From the NCBI GenBank assembly GCA_051362555.1, contig CM120641.1, positions 41,484,401 through 41,548,400 on the forward strand: a stretch of DNA of 64,000 nt, given 5' to 3'. Source of the stretch: Lingula anatina (taxonomy: Eukaryota > Animalia > Brachiopoda). Below are positions 47,720 through 63,012 of the stretch, one piece after another. Within the stretch, counting starts at the first letter, position 1, and each line of letters starts with the position of its first letter. Both the position numbers and the translations under genes were made by a program. The notes under the pieces are model-generated. The model had not been told where the DNA came from, did no database searches, and worked only from the letters and a program-made list of their open reading frames with translations.

Positions 47720-50075
47720 ATCACTTTTCATTATTATTTTTGTACCTTCTACATTCCATGTATTTGTAAAGAAAAAATGTATTACTTTATACATATCATA
47801 GATTTTATATGATTTTCAAATTTCATCGTCTGCCATTTATAAAGTGAATAAGATGATCCAGTAGTCTATGATGATTAGCAGAATCGGAGCCCTGTAGTCT
47901 TTTCAGAGAAAATATTGATCGAATCTTGTGATAAATAACCGTTTGTATCATTTGGGGTTATTTATTTCGTCATAACATTTATTAAGGCACTTTTCAATCA
48001 AATGTCATGATTTTACGCCCAGTTTACACGATTAGTCTCATCCGCAGGTCTTAACAGTATTGAAAACCCATGGCTCTTTTTGACTGAGATTGTAAACAGG
48101 CTTGAGGACCAACTAGTCTCATGACGTCATGGTTTCATCCCCACGTGTAGGCCTAAATGAAAAATTCATTTTTGTGTGTGAAGCTTGGAAACCGTCTTTA
48201 GAACATGCAAAACTATAGCTATATTATATAGTTTCTGTAAATCTAATGCAATATTATAAAATTTATCCGAATTGCCACAGTGGGTTTGTAGTTTTAGGAA
48301 ACAGAAGTTCACATAACGTTACATTCATGAGCTTTATTCAATATAGTATCCAATGGTATTGTGATGTAAATTAGATTATTTTTAGTATTTATAAGTTCAT
48401 GGGGTTGAGTACGCAAACCATGCACATTACATCTAATAAGACGTATAGAACTGGTTGTAAAATTGATTTAGAAATGATAAAGCTCCTTTCAGTATTTAAA
48501 CGCTCTTATCTACATTATTGCTTTCTTATTGTGACTTTGTACACAGATACTTTACCGATTCGTGACAAATTAATTTACTCCGCAATGATAAGAACCTTAT
48601 ATTGGTCGCGGTAGGTTTGATCAACGTAAGAATGTTTTATTTCACATCTTACGTGTATTTTCTGTATTTTCCCAGCAACACTAAAAAGCAATTATCAAGC
48701 AGATTTTTTTCCTTATTGTCCTGTTTTTTTTTCTTTAAAGTTGCGTTGCTTTACGATAATAAGAAAAAATCAAAAAGACGAAAATTCTAATTTTATGTTA
48801 TCGAAAATGGAATGTCATATACTTAATCGTTTTATTTTATTATCATTATTATTTTTTAAATCTCAGGCCCATTGCAACCAACATTATGAGGTTTAAATAA
48901 ATACATAATATAGAAACCAAGAAACGACTTTTTCTTTTCTGAAAGTTCTTTGTTATTTCCATACCGTTCTTTATTAAAATTACCGACTCTCGTTGTTTTA
49001 AAACAACTGTGCTGTCTATCATTGAAATTATTCAAATAAGTTATAGCCTTCATATCTAATATTTATGGGTATTTTAAAATGAACTGGGTAAATGACTGCG
49101 GTTTGTTTAACTTGCTCACATGATTGAACAGGACGCTAAATGTTGTGCAGGTTGTTTAGGTGCCTATCGGTATCTCTCTCTACCAGAGGCCATATCTTTT
49201 CTAACAGTTACAGATTTATCTGAATTAAATTCCTGCTGAAGAGCACAGATATGTCGTTACTGCTTTAAAATATTCAGACTTCCCAAAAGCTAGCTGATGT
49301 TTCTTTAAAATTTCACTAGACAAAATGTTCCCGTTTTCGAGTGTTATAGGAAAAGCAACGTGCGCGCATTATTGTCGGTTGTAAAGGGTTTACTCACTGA
49401 TGTATGTTTGGGGAATCATTTTATAAGGTAGATGTGTTGGATTTGGCACTTTGCATCGAATATTAGTAGTAGGTTAATCCTGCTAGACACCGTGGTGATG
49501 TGTTTGAATATTAGTACGATCTCAGGTTAATGGCGTCACCAAGTACACCGGGGTATTGGGTTAGAATCACGCAGAAAGCTAGCATTTTTCTGAAAAGCCG
49601 AATATATTTCCACGTTAGGTCTACGCATCTGCTTTACCCCTATAGCCTAAGTAGCAGCATCACCTGGCAAAGAGAACTACCTGCACAGAATGAATAACAG
49701 AGAAGCCTTTGACGTTTCAGCCAATCTTCAAATAAACGGGTTTGCATCTAAGTATCAATGCTCTGGACAGAATGCTTATAAATGTGCCATCGATAAATGC
49801 GATTTACTGGCTTAATTGCCTGGATGCTACGTCGTGTTGGTGTATGACATATATATTAGTATTATTAATATTGCCAGACAACATCAATCCTTATTAATCA
49901 GTTGCGATTTTGAGTGGAGCGTCATGGTGGGAAATGATGATGTATTGTGCAGCTAGTAGATATTATGGCTGCGTTCGAATTAGTGATGAACCTTGCTGAG
50001 TTTACGATGGACTTGATTTAAGCGTCTGGTGGAGTAATGTAGTTTAAGGCATTAAAAGGGTTCTGACTTTTAAAA

Positions 50076-50137
50076 CTCTCTCTCTCTCCCTCTCTCTCTC
50101 TCTCTCTCCCCCCCCTCTCTCTCCCCCTCTCTCTCTC
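50076..50137. repeat. (CT)n-rich tract
   Basis: Direct observation. Confidence 0.9.
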
Positions 50138-51039
50138 AATAGTCGAAAATAGGGAGTGAAAACGCCTCAAGGAATAATAACATTGCCCCCGTGTGGCATC
50201 TTTTCCTAGATAACCTGAGTAATTAATGTGCTCTGAGATAGGTTTAACGGGAGTCCGTTCCAGGAACGAGCGGAAAATGAATGTCATATCTAAGGATTAG
50301 ACGACAGTGTTTTGCTAACATTTCATCACTAGTTGGCATTACCGGTGAAAAGACATTGCCTACCGCATAATTGCATTAATTCACTTATATCATTATGTTT
50401 AAACAGCTAATGTCTGCTACTATACGACCCCAAGTATCCAGGTTTAATGCAGCAAATTATAAGAGAATATGCTTGAGAGTACGTGATAAAGAGAAGACTT
50501 AATTACAGGAATTAATCCTTGGCAGTTAAAACATCTGTTACCAGAAAGACGTGCAAATAATTTACCCTAGACAACAGTGGGAACAATGAGACACGGATAA
50601 TCCATCCTTCCGCGTTGGCGGGTGTCGTGAAAGTTGAGAAAATATGTGATTATTTCTTAGAACTAATGAAATTTTCACTGGAAGAACGTTGTTTTTTTCT
50701 ATACACCTCCCCGGGCCAGTATACATCATACAGATCCCTGCTTTTATTTTCTGAATTCCGTTTCACATTGTTTACATTTCAAACCTAAAAACAAAACCAA
50801 ATGGCTTTATTTTGCAGTACGTGTATCTCTAGACAGCTTTTTAAAATGATTTGCTGCCTTAATTTAATGCAGTTCCCAGTATTGCATGTGTATATACACA
50901 TTTATCACCGTTATACAACCTCAATGAAATTGTTTTACCAAAGATATCATATGGGATTTCTCAATTCCATTACATTAGAGTTAAAAGAAAACGTACATTT
51001 GACCTAAAAGAGAGCAAAGCAAACACCAGAGCATATGTT

Positions 51040-51656
51040 TCTCTGTATATAAACAAAGGCCTTGTCAATATTGTACGAGATTTGACTGTATCAACAGTTT
51101 ACTTGTCAGATCATTCTTTCGAGCGATAAACTTGTTCTGGACGATGCGTTTTTTCCCGAAGGCCTTTCCACCTGGTCGCGATACAACATTTCCACAGCGG
51201 GGGCGAATAAAAACAGCGCGGGGGTCGAAAGACCTGAGATGCGCAACAGTTTGAGATTTCTCAGAGGAATACTTCCTCGTGTCTGCGCAAGACGGTTCCA
51301 TTTATTGCCGGACAACGTGACTTAAAACAATCAAGCGTGATCCTCGAGGAAAAGGTTAATCGCCAGAATTCCGCTGACTGCCCGTTGACACGTCAGGACG
51401 CGCGTTGTGATCGTTCCTTAATGAGGCTAATTAATCGGACTCTGTTTCCGCGAACCGTTTCCGAGAGCATGGTAATGACGTGACTTCTATGGCAGCTCCA
51501 ATAACATATAACTTTGCGCTGAATTATTCAGTTTTATTTGGACTTTCGTCAGCTGCTGGAGCAGTTGTGGTATGATAAAGCTAATGTACATTGGTCCATC
51601 CCGGATTGTTCTAACTGACCGCATTAATCAAACTTTTTCTCCATTGGGCATCGAGG
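51040..51656 (+). promoter_or_regulatory. Putative TATA box and non-coding first exon of the GPCR
   Basis: TATATAAA at about 51047, then a CpG-richer stretch. A GAGG|GTAAGT donor at 51657 pairs with a CTGCAG acceptor at 51901, just before the ATG. Confidence 0.5.
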
Positions 51657-51923
51657 GTAAGTTTCTTTATTTTCATACTTTCATAAGGGACTGCGTTTAT
51701 CAAACGGGCAATTATGTTTAAAAGATAACTTTTATTTTACTTTATTAAGATAGCTACCGCAGCGACCTGAGAGGCTTTTCAAAGTTTCGTTCAATATCAT
51801 GAACATTAGCAGCTATTTATCTTTTGGGTTTCTTGGTAACATTATTAAATTGTCATAATACTTTGTCTTTCTTAAATGCCACTCGTTCGTTTCTGCTGCA
51901 GATTTTATCCATTTTGGAGAGAA

Positions 51924-54900
51924 ATGATGGCAAATACGGATCAGAATGCTTCAATTGTTGACTTTGCAACATTGTTCTTTGACGAAAACACTACGGTTGT
52001 CTATGACGGTGTATTAAGTAATGTGAAAAAGAATGGCTCAAATATCACCCATCCAAGGGATACAAACTTGGCCAAGGCAGAACTGGCAGTTTCAGGCGTC
52101 ATCCTGTTTTTGGCTATCTTTGGCAACTCGTTTGTCCTGTTTGTGGTAGGACGGAAAGGCAATTTAAGCCGGATGTTGTTATTTATTGCCCACTTGGCTA
52201 TAGCAGACTTGTTCACAGCGTTCTTCAGCACACTGCCGCAGTTCATCTGGGACTTCACCTACCGTTTTCAAGGTGGAGAGTTCCTCTGTAAATTAGTCAA
52301 ATACACCCAGCTTGTCTCCATGTACGCCTCGGCCTATGTTCTGGTCATGACAGCAATAGACAGGTACCTGGCCATATGCTACCCTCTTCGTTCACAGCAA
52401 TGGAGTCCGCGCAAGGCACACGTGATGGTGGCGATCGCCTGGGGTGTTAGCCTTGCTTTAAGCATACCCCAACTGACAATCTTTGCCATGCGCCCAGTCC
52501 CAGGGGAGGAGGGCGTTTTCGACTGTTGGGATAACTTCAATCCAGCAGAACCATGGCTGACCATATGGGTGGCATGGATTGCCTTCTCTCTTTGGGTCCT
52601 GCCCATTATTCTTCTGGCTTTTACCTACGGGAACATATCGTACGTCGTCTGGATGAGCACGAGGTCGCAGGAGACCGTCTCGTCCAGTCGAAGCTGCAGC
52701 CGGACAGGCCTGAGACTGGACTCCAGACGAAGCACGGACACTAGTTTCAACGGTACCCTCAATGGACGCCGCTCTCTGACCATAACACCGGTGACGTCGC
52801 CAACGGGGCCGCGGGCGCATGTCCATCGCCTGTCCCGCGCCAAGATGAAGACCATCAAGCTGACGTTGACGGTTGTGATTGTGTATATTTTGTGCTGGTC
52901 GCCTTTTTTCATAACACAGATATTGTTCCTTGTGGATGAAAATGTCGCCTATAGTGGTAAGTATCTCTCATTGAATCATTTTGTATTGAATCCATGTACT
53001 TCAAAGGGGTACATCTTGTACATTTTTGTTTGAAAAAGTTATTTCCATGGTATGGAGCATTTTATGTAGTGCCAAAGCTTTTGATATTATAAGTAATGAT
53101 AAGCAGAGAATTGCCAACTAGCTTCTTAATTAGCTTTAGCTAGGTTCATACTTTTTTATAACATATGTTATCATGCTTTTATATCGGGTACTTCTTTTAC
53201 CTGGTCAGGCACACCTGTATATAATCTAATGTTACATAAGGAAAGGCCCTAAATTGTATTTTTCAAAAGAAAAATTGTTTTTGGGATTGTTCGTGGCTGT
53301 ACAGGTTGTACTATTAATTTTATGTTTTAAAAAATTTCAACCAAATGGCATGTAAACAAGCATCTGAATTTCGAATTTTAGCTGGTAAGAATGAATTCCC
53401 TTCGAAAAAATTGAATACAAAGAGGTCTACAGTGTTCATGTTCGAATATAAATACAAAAATGCGATCAAAATCGGTTGAAGAAGAGTTTTCCTGGACAGT
53501 CAACACTCGTGTTTTACTTCTGAATGTTGATATGGGTTATGTATTCATTTATTCGTAGGCCTACACGTATAAGTCGCAAACGTAAATATTATTTCAAAAG
53601 AGTTTGCAACTAAAATATTCATGAGAACCTTTTCTTGCAGAATGATTGCGACCACTGTAGAATATAGTGCACTTTCTTGCGGATTTATTTTCACGATAAA
53701 GATCTAACCGTTTTCATTCACATTTCTTTATTTGATAATATTACAATTTGTGTTGCCCTATTTGAGTCATATCATTCTCCATATAGTTTCATGGTGCAGA
53801 TAAAATAGATAGGTATCTCACACATCATGTTGTTAAAATTGTGTTGAATGCAAACATAAATTATACCAGAAAAAGAAAATGAAGACTGTTTTTATAGAAT
53901 GCGTACGGTTTAGCGTCCATATCCCTATCACAACCTTTCTCAGTTCAAAGCATCTAAAATATTGACTGAAAGAGATTAAGCCATATATCAGCGTTTGAAT
54001 TCATTCTTTTAAAATTGGGATCTGAAACCTTACTTTTAGCTAAAAAAACTAGAAGTTAAATGGTTTTATACTGTTAATCATCGCTGGTCAATTCATAGCG
54101 TTTAACGATTAAGGTGCAGAACGATAGATCTATAAGAATCCCCATTGTGTTCAGAGAAATTGTCTTGTCAGTCTCTCTCGACATCAAATACAAATATCCT
54201 TTAATACTTGTAACAGGAACAGCGTGAGCTCCGTCAATGTGATGGATGGGCAATATACAGCTTGTTACGGGATTACGACAATTTTTTTCGTGCGATTAAG
54301 ATCAGAGCATGTAATGCCCTGACAATCAGGATTGCAATCTGTCTTAAAATGAAACGTGCGGAATGGTAAACTAAGCAGCAACTGCATGTTTTACGCCATC
54401 ACCGTATAATTGCTCGAGAAGATTTTAAAAGAGGAAATATACCCTAAGATATCCGTAAAAAACGAGGGTTAATAAGTCATGAGGCTTTAGGGCGAAATGA
54501 AGTAGGATCACATCATGTAATCTTTATAATCATTTCGTGATACTAAGACGGCGAGAAGGATAACATTTTTGTTCTTTTAAACCTCCTCTCCACTCCCGAC
54601 CCTATTAAAGATAGGTTTTTTTTGCCATTTGAGGCATTCGGCGGTGCTGGATAAATGAACGTGCTACAGTTTCTTCCTTTTCTTCAATTTAAAGAGGACA
54701 TCTAATGCCTTTAGACAAGGAGAGGTGTCGTCGTGATACACCGATTAAGCCCGCCATACTGCATTTGTTGCTTGGTGAGGGCTGGTGTAATAGCAGTAAA
54801 AGGAATGATGGTCCTCTAGGAAACGTAGTCGGTCCCCTATTACTTTGTACAAGTGCCATGAGTTCCATATACTGACCCCGATACTTCCGGCTGAACCTAT

Positions 54901-55573
54901 TGGGCGCCGAACTTCCATTCCTAGGACAACCGTTCTGGTCTTACTCATGTACTTGAAATTGTCTTCTCGTATGATATAACATGTTTGGTGATTTAGGCCT
55001 ATTTGGAATATTCAAATTTGAAGGGACATTTTCCCTTTTTAGATTTCTGGTAAGAGTTCTCTTCTCTTCGCAATCACATAGCATTTTGTACTTACTGGCG
55101 CGTACTGTAATGGTCATGGAGAGGAAAGAGAAGGCAATAACGACCTCATTGTCATTGACTGAAGGAGAAAGCAACATGCGTGTGGACATTGTATGGTGTA
55201 CCGTTATGTCTTCGCAAATATTAAATGTTTGCTGTTTTTTTGTATATTTGCAGAGTCAAGCAAAGTGGTTGTCACCATTTTCCTGCTTCTTGCCAATTTG
55301 AACAGCTGCACCAACCCATGGATTTACCTGTGCTTCGTCGACAGCCTTACCAATCATCTCTGTCCAGACACTAGGAGGCGCAGCAGTACGGCGTATTCCA
55401 GTACAAACCCAACCCATATTTCCAGGGCTTCATCTTTGGTGAATTCCCCGGTTTCGGCCTCGGTCGTTATGAACCATGTGAATAATTACAAGGGGGACTC
55501 GTGTCTTTCAAGAAGATCCGATCCTCCAGCGTACAACATCGAAGAAGGACAGTCGTTAGTCCCGACGACTTGA
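51924..55573 (+). CDS. Vasopressin/oxytocin-family (conopressin/cephalotocin receptor-like) GPCR, 450 aa
   Basis: Coding exons 51924-52956 and 55254-55573 (1353 nt). Motifs GN, LAIAD, PQFIWDFTYRFQG..LCKLVKYTQ, DRY, CWSPFF and NSCTNPWIY. The single intron between TM6 and TM7 is typical of this family. Confidence 0.92.
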
Positions 55574-57561
55574 AATAGAAAACGAGAGAACTCAAATCGA
55601 TATCCAATAACGTTGGTTCAAAATTTTCCCCAACGATAACAAAAGAAACGCAGTTCATTTAAATCGGATCCCGTGCGAGGTAGTTTTGGTCCTTAAAATG
55701 ATAGTTTACGTCATGAAAATACTGAGTAGTTTATCCCTATGAACTGTGCGAAATTGGCAAATGTCAGAAACAAAAAACTAAAGTTTACGTGGGAGACGGT
55801 TTATTTTATCTGATTAACCAAGAAATCAAAAGACAACGCGAACGAGCTAGATAATACATGTATCTATATCTACATGTAACTCTCGGAATTCACATAAAGT
55901 AGACTTAGCTGCACGTTTTGTACAGAAAGATTTTCAATGACGCCAATATATATCACTGGTGCATGTATGAACATCGAATTATTTGTATATTAAGTTAAAG
56001 TGCATTCATGACAAATGAGAAAAACCATGTTAAAATCATCGTCTGCATTTCAGGTTTTTGATGGGACCGTATTTCGACCTTGTTCGCAGTCTATTCATGC
56101 GTTATTTCCCTTCTTTGTTGCATGTGTAGAAAATTCAAAGACATTTTACTGCTTCGTGATGTTTCATAAATCGGATTTTGATAACCTTTGATGACATTTC
56201 GATGTTTTTCCCGTAATGTTCAGTGCCGTACCTATTCATGCATTCAATACACTACGTACGAACGCTTTTTTCAGATCATTTTCTTAATTTCGGTCGTCCA
56301 TTTCTTGTCCATTTCAAATTACAAAACCAGCTCACACTATGATACTACTCAAATTATTATTTTTTTCACATCCAGTGAAGTTTAACTACCGGTACTTACG
56401 CCGAATCATAAATCCACATTAGTCATTCTTTATATTTGAAAAAAAAAAATCAACCCCTTTCTCTTTATCCAGGCATAAAATGGCTCTTTCAACACAAGGC
56501 GCCCTTTCAATTTCGGAAAACGTTGTACAACTGGCTTTACAATGAGGAGGAATCCGTCGAAAGTCGTTCACGCCTTCTTTAAAGGGAGAGACATCACATC
56601 AAATAGCGAAGTGTTTTTTTTATGTGCTGACGCTGTTGTATATTTTCCGCCTCCGTCTGATGGGGTATATTTATAAGACCAAACGAAAAAATAACTATGA
56701 ATATGATTTATTTATGTCTATTGCAGTAGATTTGATAAGGCGAGTACCTTTAAATCGATCATTTATGGTGATAGGTGTATTTATAGCAAGAGTTAATGAA
56801 GTACCATCACAATATGATCGCGTATTTATATTTTATCCATTTATGTAGCTGCATATAAGAATTAAATGACATCTTACTTATAAACTGTTACTGTGTTTAT
56901 GTGCATTTTTCAAGAATCAGACGGTGACCCCCCCCCCCCAAAAAAAAAAAAAAAAAATGGTAGCGAAACAATTTAGAAAAAAGGAAATAAAATATTTAAC
57001 CAAGTGTTCTTGGTGTAAAGCACGCTATTGATTGTAAAAACGTTTTAATACAAAAACGGGGGGCCATTTGAAAGAATTATCTAAATGTCGGAAATGGCTC
57101 ATAAATAAATAAATACCTTGCTGGGGCAATGAGAAAATTAATAAAGGCAAGTCAACGCTGCGGACAAACGCACTTTATACACTCTCTTGTTTATTTAGAC
57201 CAACGATTTAGTAAATCTTACAATCTACGATTATTGATTTTATGATGGAGGCAGATGCCTGGAAAGCCACAATCTGTATGAAAAACGGCGACAGGTGGTT
57301 TTGTTTGCCACTTGGCACGGAGACAGCAAAGGTAGATATCATGTAGTAAATCAGTCAAGTTCGTCCATTGGAAAATGTAGGAAAGATCGCGGTGTCCATT
57401 AGATGCATTGTATAAATCTCGATCATGATAAAATACAGTGCTTAAAATGCAATCTCAAACCCCAATTGGATTACAGCTATTAAGGCGCATTTAAAGGTAT
57501 ATACAGTCGGTCAAATAAATTGCGAAATCTTATTACAAAACAACTAGAAATATATAATATA

Positions 57562-59222
57562 CAGACTTGACATTTAATATGGAATATTTCAGTTTCGAAG
57601 GTGTGCCTAGGTAGAAATGCGTTCTTTTTTCAAAATACTAATATCTCATATAAGATATGTGAATGGAGAAGTGTGTAGTCAGTTGTGTCGCTTCCAACAA
57701 ACTGAATACCAGGTTTGTTACTCTGCTGCATTATGTAATATGAAGTAATTTAATTGGGTAGTGCTCCTTTGGGCAGGTCAAAGCTTGGCTTTGGCAAAGC
57801 ACGGTTCTGTCAAAAAAGTATCCATATGTCGGCAACTACTGCATAGAAGAATTTGAAATTTTGCATGCAAGTGGTCAGTTTTGCAGTGTGTAAAATGAGC
57901 TATGCAGTGCTTTGCAAGTTTGTTAATCTGTGGCAAAATGGCGCGAAAAAGACAGACATTGCCAGACAGTTAATTGCGCCAAACGAAACGGTCCGCACAG
58001 TTTTATAGAGTAATGCCCAGACTGATGTACCTACATAAAGGCCACACCCAATGTATTAAAATCTTACCGCCAGAGTACAGGACCCACTGTCTTTCAGGAT
58101 ATGCCGTTGCAACTAAACAAAAACCACCCAGTCCGTTCAGAATGAGGGGTAAATTGCCACCAAAACGCATTTTTCAAGTCCCTTAGCGAACACCAAACTG
58201 GTTTTTGCAGGTTAGAATACCAGACGACCTCCGAGGAACCCACTGTAAACAGCAAAACATCGTTGTATGTTTCTCTAATGAATTAAGGACCATGACCGTT
58301 TCTGGGTTGAACACTGAAACCTCGTGGCTTTCTTTATTGAGGTCAGATTTCACCTGTACCGCTCAACTAGTCAAAACAGAGTTTACAGACATCCAGAAGA
58401 GGCCAACGACGAGGTGTGTGCCGCCTCTAAAGTGACTTAGGTCATTAACAGCGTCAGTATTTGAAGTGGATACCACATTGGTGCCAAAACACCAATGGCA
58501 GTCATCGACGAAAACCTGAACCAGATTAAATAAAGGAATAACCTGGGAACCACTTGACTATCATTTGATAGGGGGCATCTTAAGAACAATTTTAGGTTGT
58601 AGGGTGGAATTGCCAGTTCACACAGAGCACTTTTAATAACAGATTACTTAGAGAACCAAGGGAATGAACAGCTACCTTGGTCATCAAAAACGCCATATTT
58701 GAACCACGTAGACAATATGTGGGTAGGCCATTACTCACCAAATGAATGGTCTACATGTCCTACAACAAAACTGGGCCAAATTGGACAGATTTCGACCGAT
58801 GCCTGGAATGTTATTCCAGATTGAACTCTAAAAACATATCCCAAGGAATGCCTTGCCGCTTGAGAGCGCTGGTAGCAGCCAGAAGAGGTCAGGCGTAACA
58901 GCGACTGTTACTGTGACTAGACATTGACATGAGGGTCCTTTGTGGAGCGTGTAACTCTTTTACAGACAATAATTTGGAAAATATGGAGATCTAAAATATC
59001 TCATTTAATGGTTGCCGTATGAAGTAGAAAAGGCAATGTGTTTTTGTTTGCTTCTCTGGCGAATTCCATTAATGAACTGATGTCACAATGACATCAAAGA
59101 GATAATTAAAAGTTATTAGAACACGATTTTAATCCTTATTTTCATTTATCAGTCAGTAAAATAGGAAAAAAACTGATGAAAAATGATTTGGAAAAAATAT
59201 TCCATATTAAATGTCAAGTCTG
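57562..59222 (+). mobile_element. Tc1-like transposon fossil
   Basis: TA-CAGACTTGACATTTAATATGGAATATTT...AAATATTCCATATTAAATGTCAAGTCTG-TA, 1.66 kb. Decayed transposase fragments include FSNE (for FSDE) and LPWSSKTPYLNHVDNMW (for WPS-SPDLNPIENLW). Confidence 0.88.
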
Positions 59223-62085
59223 TATATATGATTAGTGGGGTTGCAATCTATCTACAATTGAACTAAGTGCGTACAGAAGTTACTCGAGGAACATACACTG
59301 ATGAGGAAGAAATAAAGTGTAAATATTTGGAAAAAACTGGCAAAGACATATTCAAGATTTGAATTGAATTTGCCTATATAACGTTTCTCATTTTTTTTAA
59401 TGGGTTAAAAAAATCCAAATACATCTAAGGAAGTAGCCATAGCCAATTTTATTGCTATTCTTAAATTAATGTATTAAAGGATAGTTCCATTTACGAAATG
59501 ATATAACACTGACGTTGGAAAACAGTACGTTTTTTCCAAACACTTCATGTACAATCTAAATTCAATGAATGGCGACTGGGACATATTAGACACAGTGATA
59601 CAGCAATATTTTTGCCTGAGAAGACGTCACACCTAGAGGTTTTACATGCAATGTACAAACAAATCATTTTGTTAATCTGACTTATATCAGCGCAAGAATA
59701 ATCGATACTCGCTAATGGCTGGAGCCTAATAAACGTGACAGTAAAACACCTAGTTAACACTGCCAGAAGAAATAAACGTTATCCCATCATGGGGCCATTG
59801 ATAGGAACAGAAGAAAGGCTCGCGCAAACAAGAGTTGTAAGCTGAGCTACCTGTCTCACGGCTGTGGTAGGCTCTGACCTTTATCCTCATTTACCCTATT
59901 GTCACGAAATCTGGTCTATATGCGCAACAGATTCGTCATTTATGATGGTAATTTGTTATTTATTGTTGGATTTATTGCGATACGAAACAAACGACGAGTA
60001 AAAACAGGATGGGTGTAGGTGGCATATTTGTTATTTGGAAATATTCTTAGGGCATTACTGTACATTTCAACCACAAACGGGCGACTTCATTGCCTAAACA
60101 GTATTCTACTAGACAACAAACAGCCTATTTTTGTATTCATAACAGCCAAAGTCACCATCTCTATACCATAGAACCGAACAATGATGCGACGGGGGTGGAG
60201 GGTTGGGTGGAAAGAAATCCTTCTCTGATCGCTTTACTATCTTATAGGAACCAACTGGGATGTGAAGCTCTTTCAGAAAATCTGAAACAAGTGAAGAAAT
60301 AAACAAAGAATAAGCTCGCGAAAAATGTGAAAATCAAGTGAATAAACTTGTGGCCCTGGTAAGGAGTACTCGTATGTTCGTCAACATGATTTAGTTGCCC
60401 GATGACAATTAAAGTGTACGAAGAGAGTGTCTTTATGCCTGTAGAAGGGTGATTATTGTTTTGGAAAAAGTTGCAGGTCTTGTTGTGCGTATGCATAATT
60501 CCCGGGTTATTTAGTACCAACTGAAATCGAGGCCAGATGCCCGTTATTTTTTAACATCAACTATTTATATGTAATAATAAAAGCGATACTATGTTATATA
60601 CACCTCAAAAAGTGGATTGAATATATGTAATATTCGATGAGATTGAATAGATGCTTGGTATTGTTTTAATATCAACTACTTAATATATTAAATAATATAA
60701 AAGCGATACTCTGTGAAATATCGAATGTCGCGTTATGGATAAGATATAATCCTCAACGGGCGCAAAGTAAAAAAAAAAATTAAAAAGGAAAATTACAAAT
60801 TGTGTTTGTGCCACCAGATAGTGTTTTGAGCGATGAAACTGTTAACTGGATGCAGTAGTTGTCCCAGAGAACACGGCGAGATTCAACATGAGAGTGACAA
60901 AACTTGTTTCAGTGCCCAAAATGAACATTCAAATTCACGGAACATCCAGATTCAATGCATTCATTTCAAAGTCATGTTCATTAAAGTGCAGTATCTGATG
61001 TCTGGAATATAATTACATTATTATCTAGTATAGTGCGTTGTGTAAAAGCATTTCCCCACTTGGGCCTACCTCTAAGAGTGGTTGAGACAAATGCGATTAT
61101 TTTCATATCTACAGCAATTACATGTTTAGAAAGCGTAATTTTACCGCCAGTTGCATGCATGTAACCGGTGTAACTGCAAGTCTTTGGAATAATAGTCCGG
61201 GCTCCCATATGATATTAGTACAGGTTTGGGTTAGTTGGAGTATTGGGGTTAGTATAAGGGACGAATGTCAGCTATGTACAAAGTAATGGATAGCGTACTA
61301 CGTCTCTTAGCGAACTTCCATTCCTGTTACACCGGCCATACGGCATTATTTTTCAAGTAGAATTTAATATCATTATTTAAATTAAGCGTGTCACACATGT
61401 GCAGGTACACATTTGAGTTTAAAAGACTTCAGTCGCAAGTATTTTTCTAAAATCGGCAGATGAATAAATTTGCATTGTTAATAACCTGCCTTTTTAGGTT
61501 ATTCATAAGGAATATAAATGAATCATTCACTCTTTTATCAGGATATTAGTCACCATTACTTCAGTGAGACAGATCTATATTTAAAATGATGAAGCAAGCA
61601 TGATAACACCAATACCGTTATGTGTATTAGACAGCTTTAATAAACATTTTAGACATACCAAAACGGATAAATAAGTTGCAGGGGTGGATTTTTTAAAGCA
61701 GAAATAAATGGGGTCTTGATGTTTGAAAATGAAAGATAAGAGGGGGGGGGGGGGTCTAGAGAAAAGTAATTTTGGCTATACATTGTATATATATATATCT
61801 ATGTATATGAATTTAATTTTTTTCATCTTCCAATGTTGTTTACCTTAAACTTCTATCAAAATTTGCAATAATAATGAAATAATTGTTATACCTTCTCAAC
61901 TGCGCTATGTTAAATAAAGCACCATATGGTAAGGGGTGTTTGACAATGACCTGCTTTAATGCATCTTTTATGATTTGTTCATACAGAGTATCTTATCTCA
62001 CCAGAATACATGTATGTATATAATATCATCAAATCTATTCTAATCAGAATTCATTATATCTTTCGACTTTCCTTCCATGCTACTA

Positions 62086-62803
62086 CAGGGTTGCCAGTTA
62101 GTTGAGCAAATAAAATTCCCCGACAGAGAAGAATTTCATCAGCTGTGTTATGTTATAAGAATGATGTGATATTTTTCTTCAGTCAACAGATAATATTGAG
62201 ATAGTTCCCTGAAAAAGATGTCCTGCTAGACATCGAATTTTGGAGGTAAAAACTATCTAAATATTAGCAGTTGACTTAAGAAGAAATCACGTCATTCTTA
62301 AAATTCCCTGATTTTTCATTGACTTATCACTGACCAAATCCTGTTTTTCATTGACCAATACCACATAGTTTTTCTGCCTTCACATCCCTTACAACCGTCC
62401 TATTCACTCATAATTGTTTAATTATCTTATTTAAACCAATTCTTATCATGATTTATAACAATGAACAAACATTCATATATCAAAGTTTAACATAGATAAA
62501 ATCTTACTGATAAATTTAGTCAGAGAGTATAGCTAATTTATACTGCTGGAAGACTGCCATAGCCCTAGAAAATATGAAAATCTTCCTAAAATTTTATTTC
62601 TTCCTGACTTTTCCCTGATTTTTTTTTTTTTTTTTTTTTTGAAATTCAGTTTTCTCTGACCAAAATGCAAATTTCCCTGCCAATTTCACTGACATTGAAA
62701 AAAAATCAAGTAAACCCTTGTTTTCGCTCATAAGTCGGAAAAGTAGGGAAAAAAATAAAAGAAAAATGATTTGGAAAAAATATTCCATTAAATGTCAACT
62801 CTG
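62086..62803. mobile_element. Composite of a hAT-like MITE (CAGGGTTGCCAG, TTCCCTGA subterminal motifs) and a solo Tc1 right end
   Basis: Starts CAGGGTTGCCAG and has repeated TTCCCTGA. 62761-62803 closely matches 59179-59222. Confidence 0.45.
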
Positions 62804-63012
62804 AATATGAAATACATGCAATTAATAATTGCTCTCTTCAACTATTTGATACATGTATACCTTGTATCTGTCAAGCAAAGCGAGGAAGAAAATCGTCCTT
62901 GTCCCCTACCCACTAAACCACCTCAGCAAAATTTGCTTGTGGCTAATGCATTGGCTCTAAAATCAGAATCAGCTCTTCAGATATTAATTATTTACTGGAA
63001 TGTACAAAATTC

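Noticed and set aside
49485-49580. tRNA gene or tRNA-derived SINE head
   Set aside because: Only weak A/B-box resemblance, no cloverleaf, and no second copy in the window.
51876-51923. GPCR start at 51876 and read-through to 53033 as listed in the ORF track
   Set aside because: 51876 lies upstream of the acceptor at 51901, and the sequence after 52956 is intron; TM7 is in the exon at 55254.
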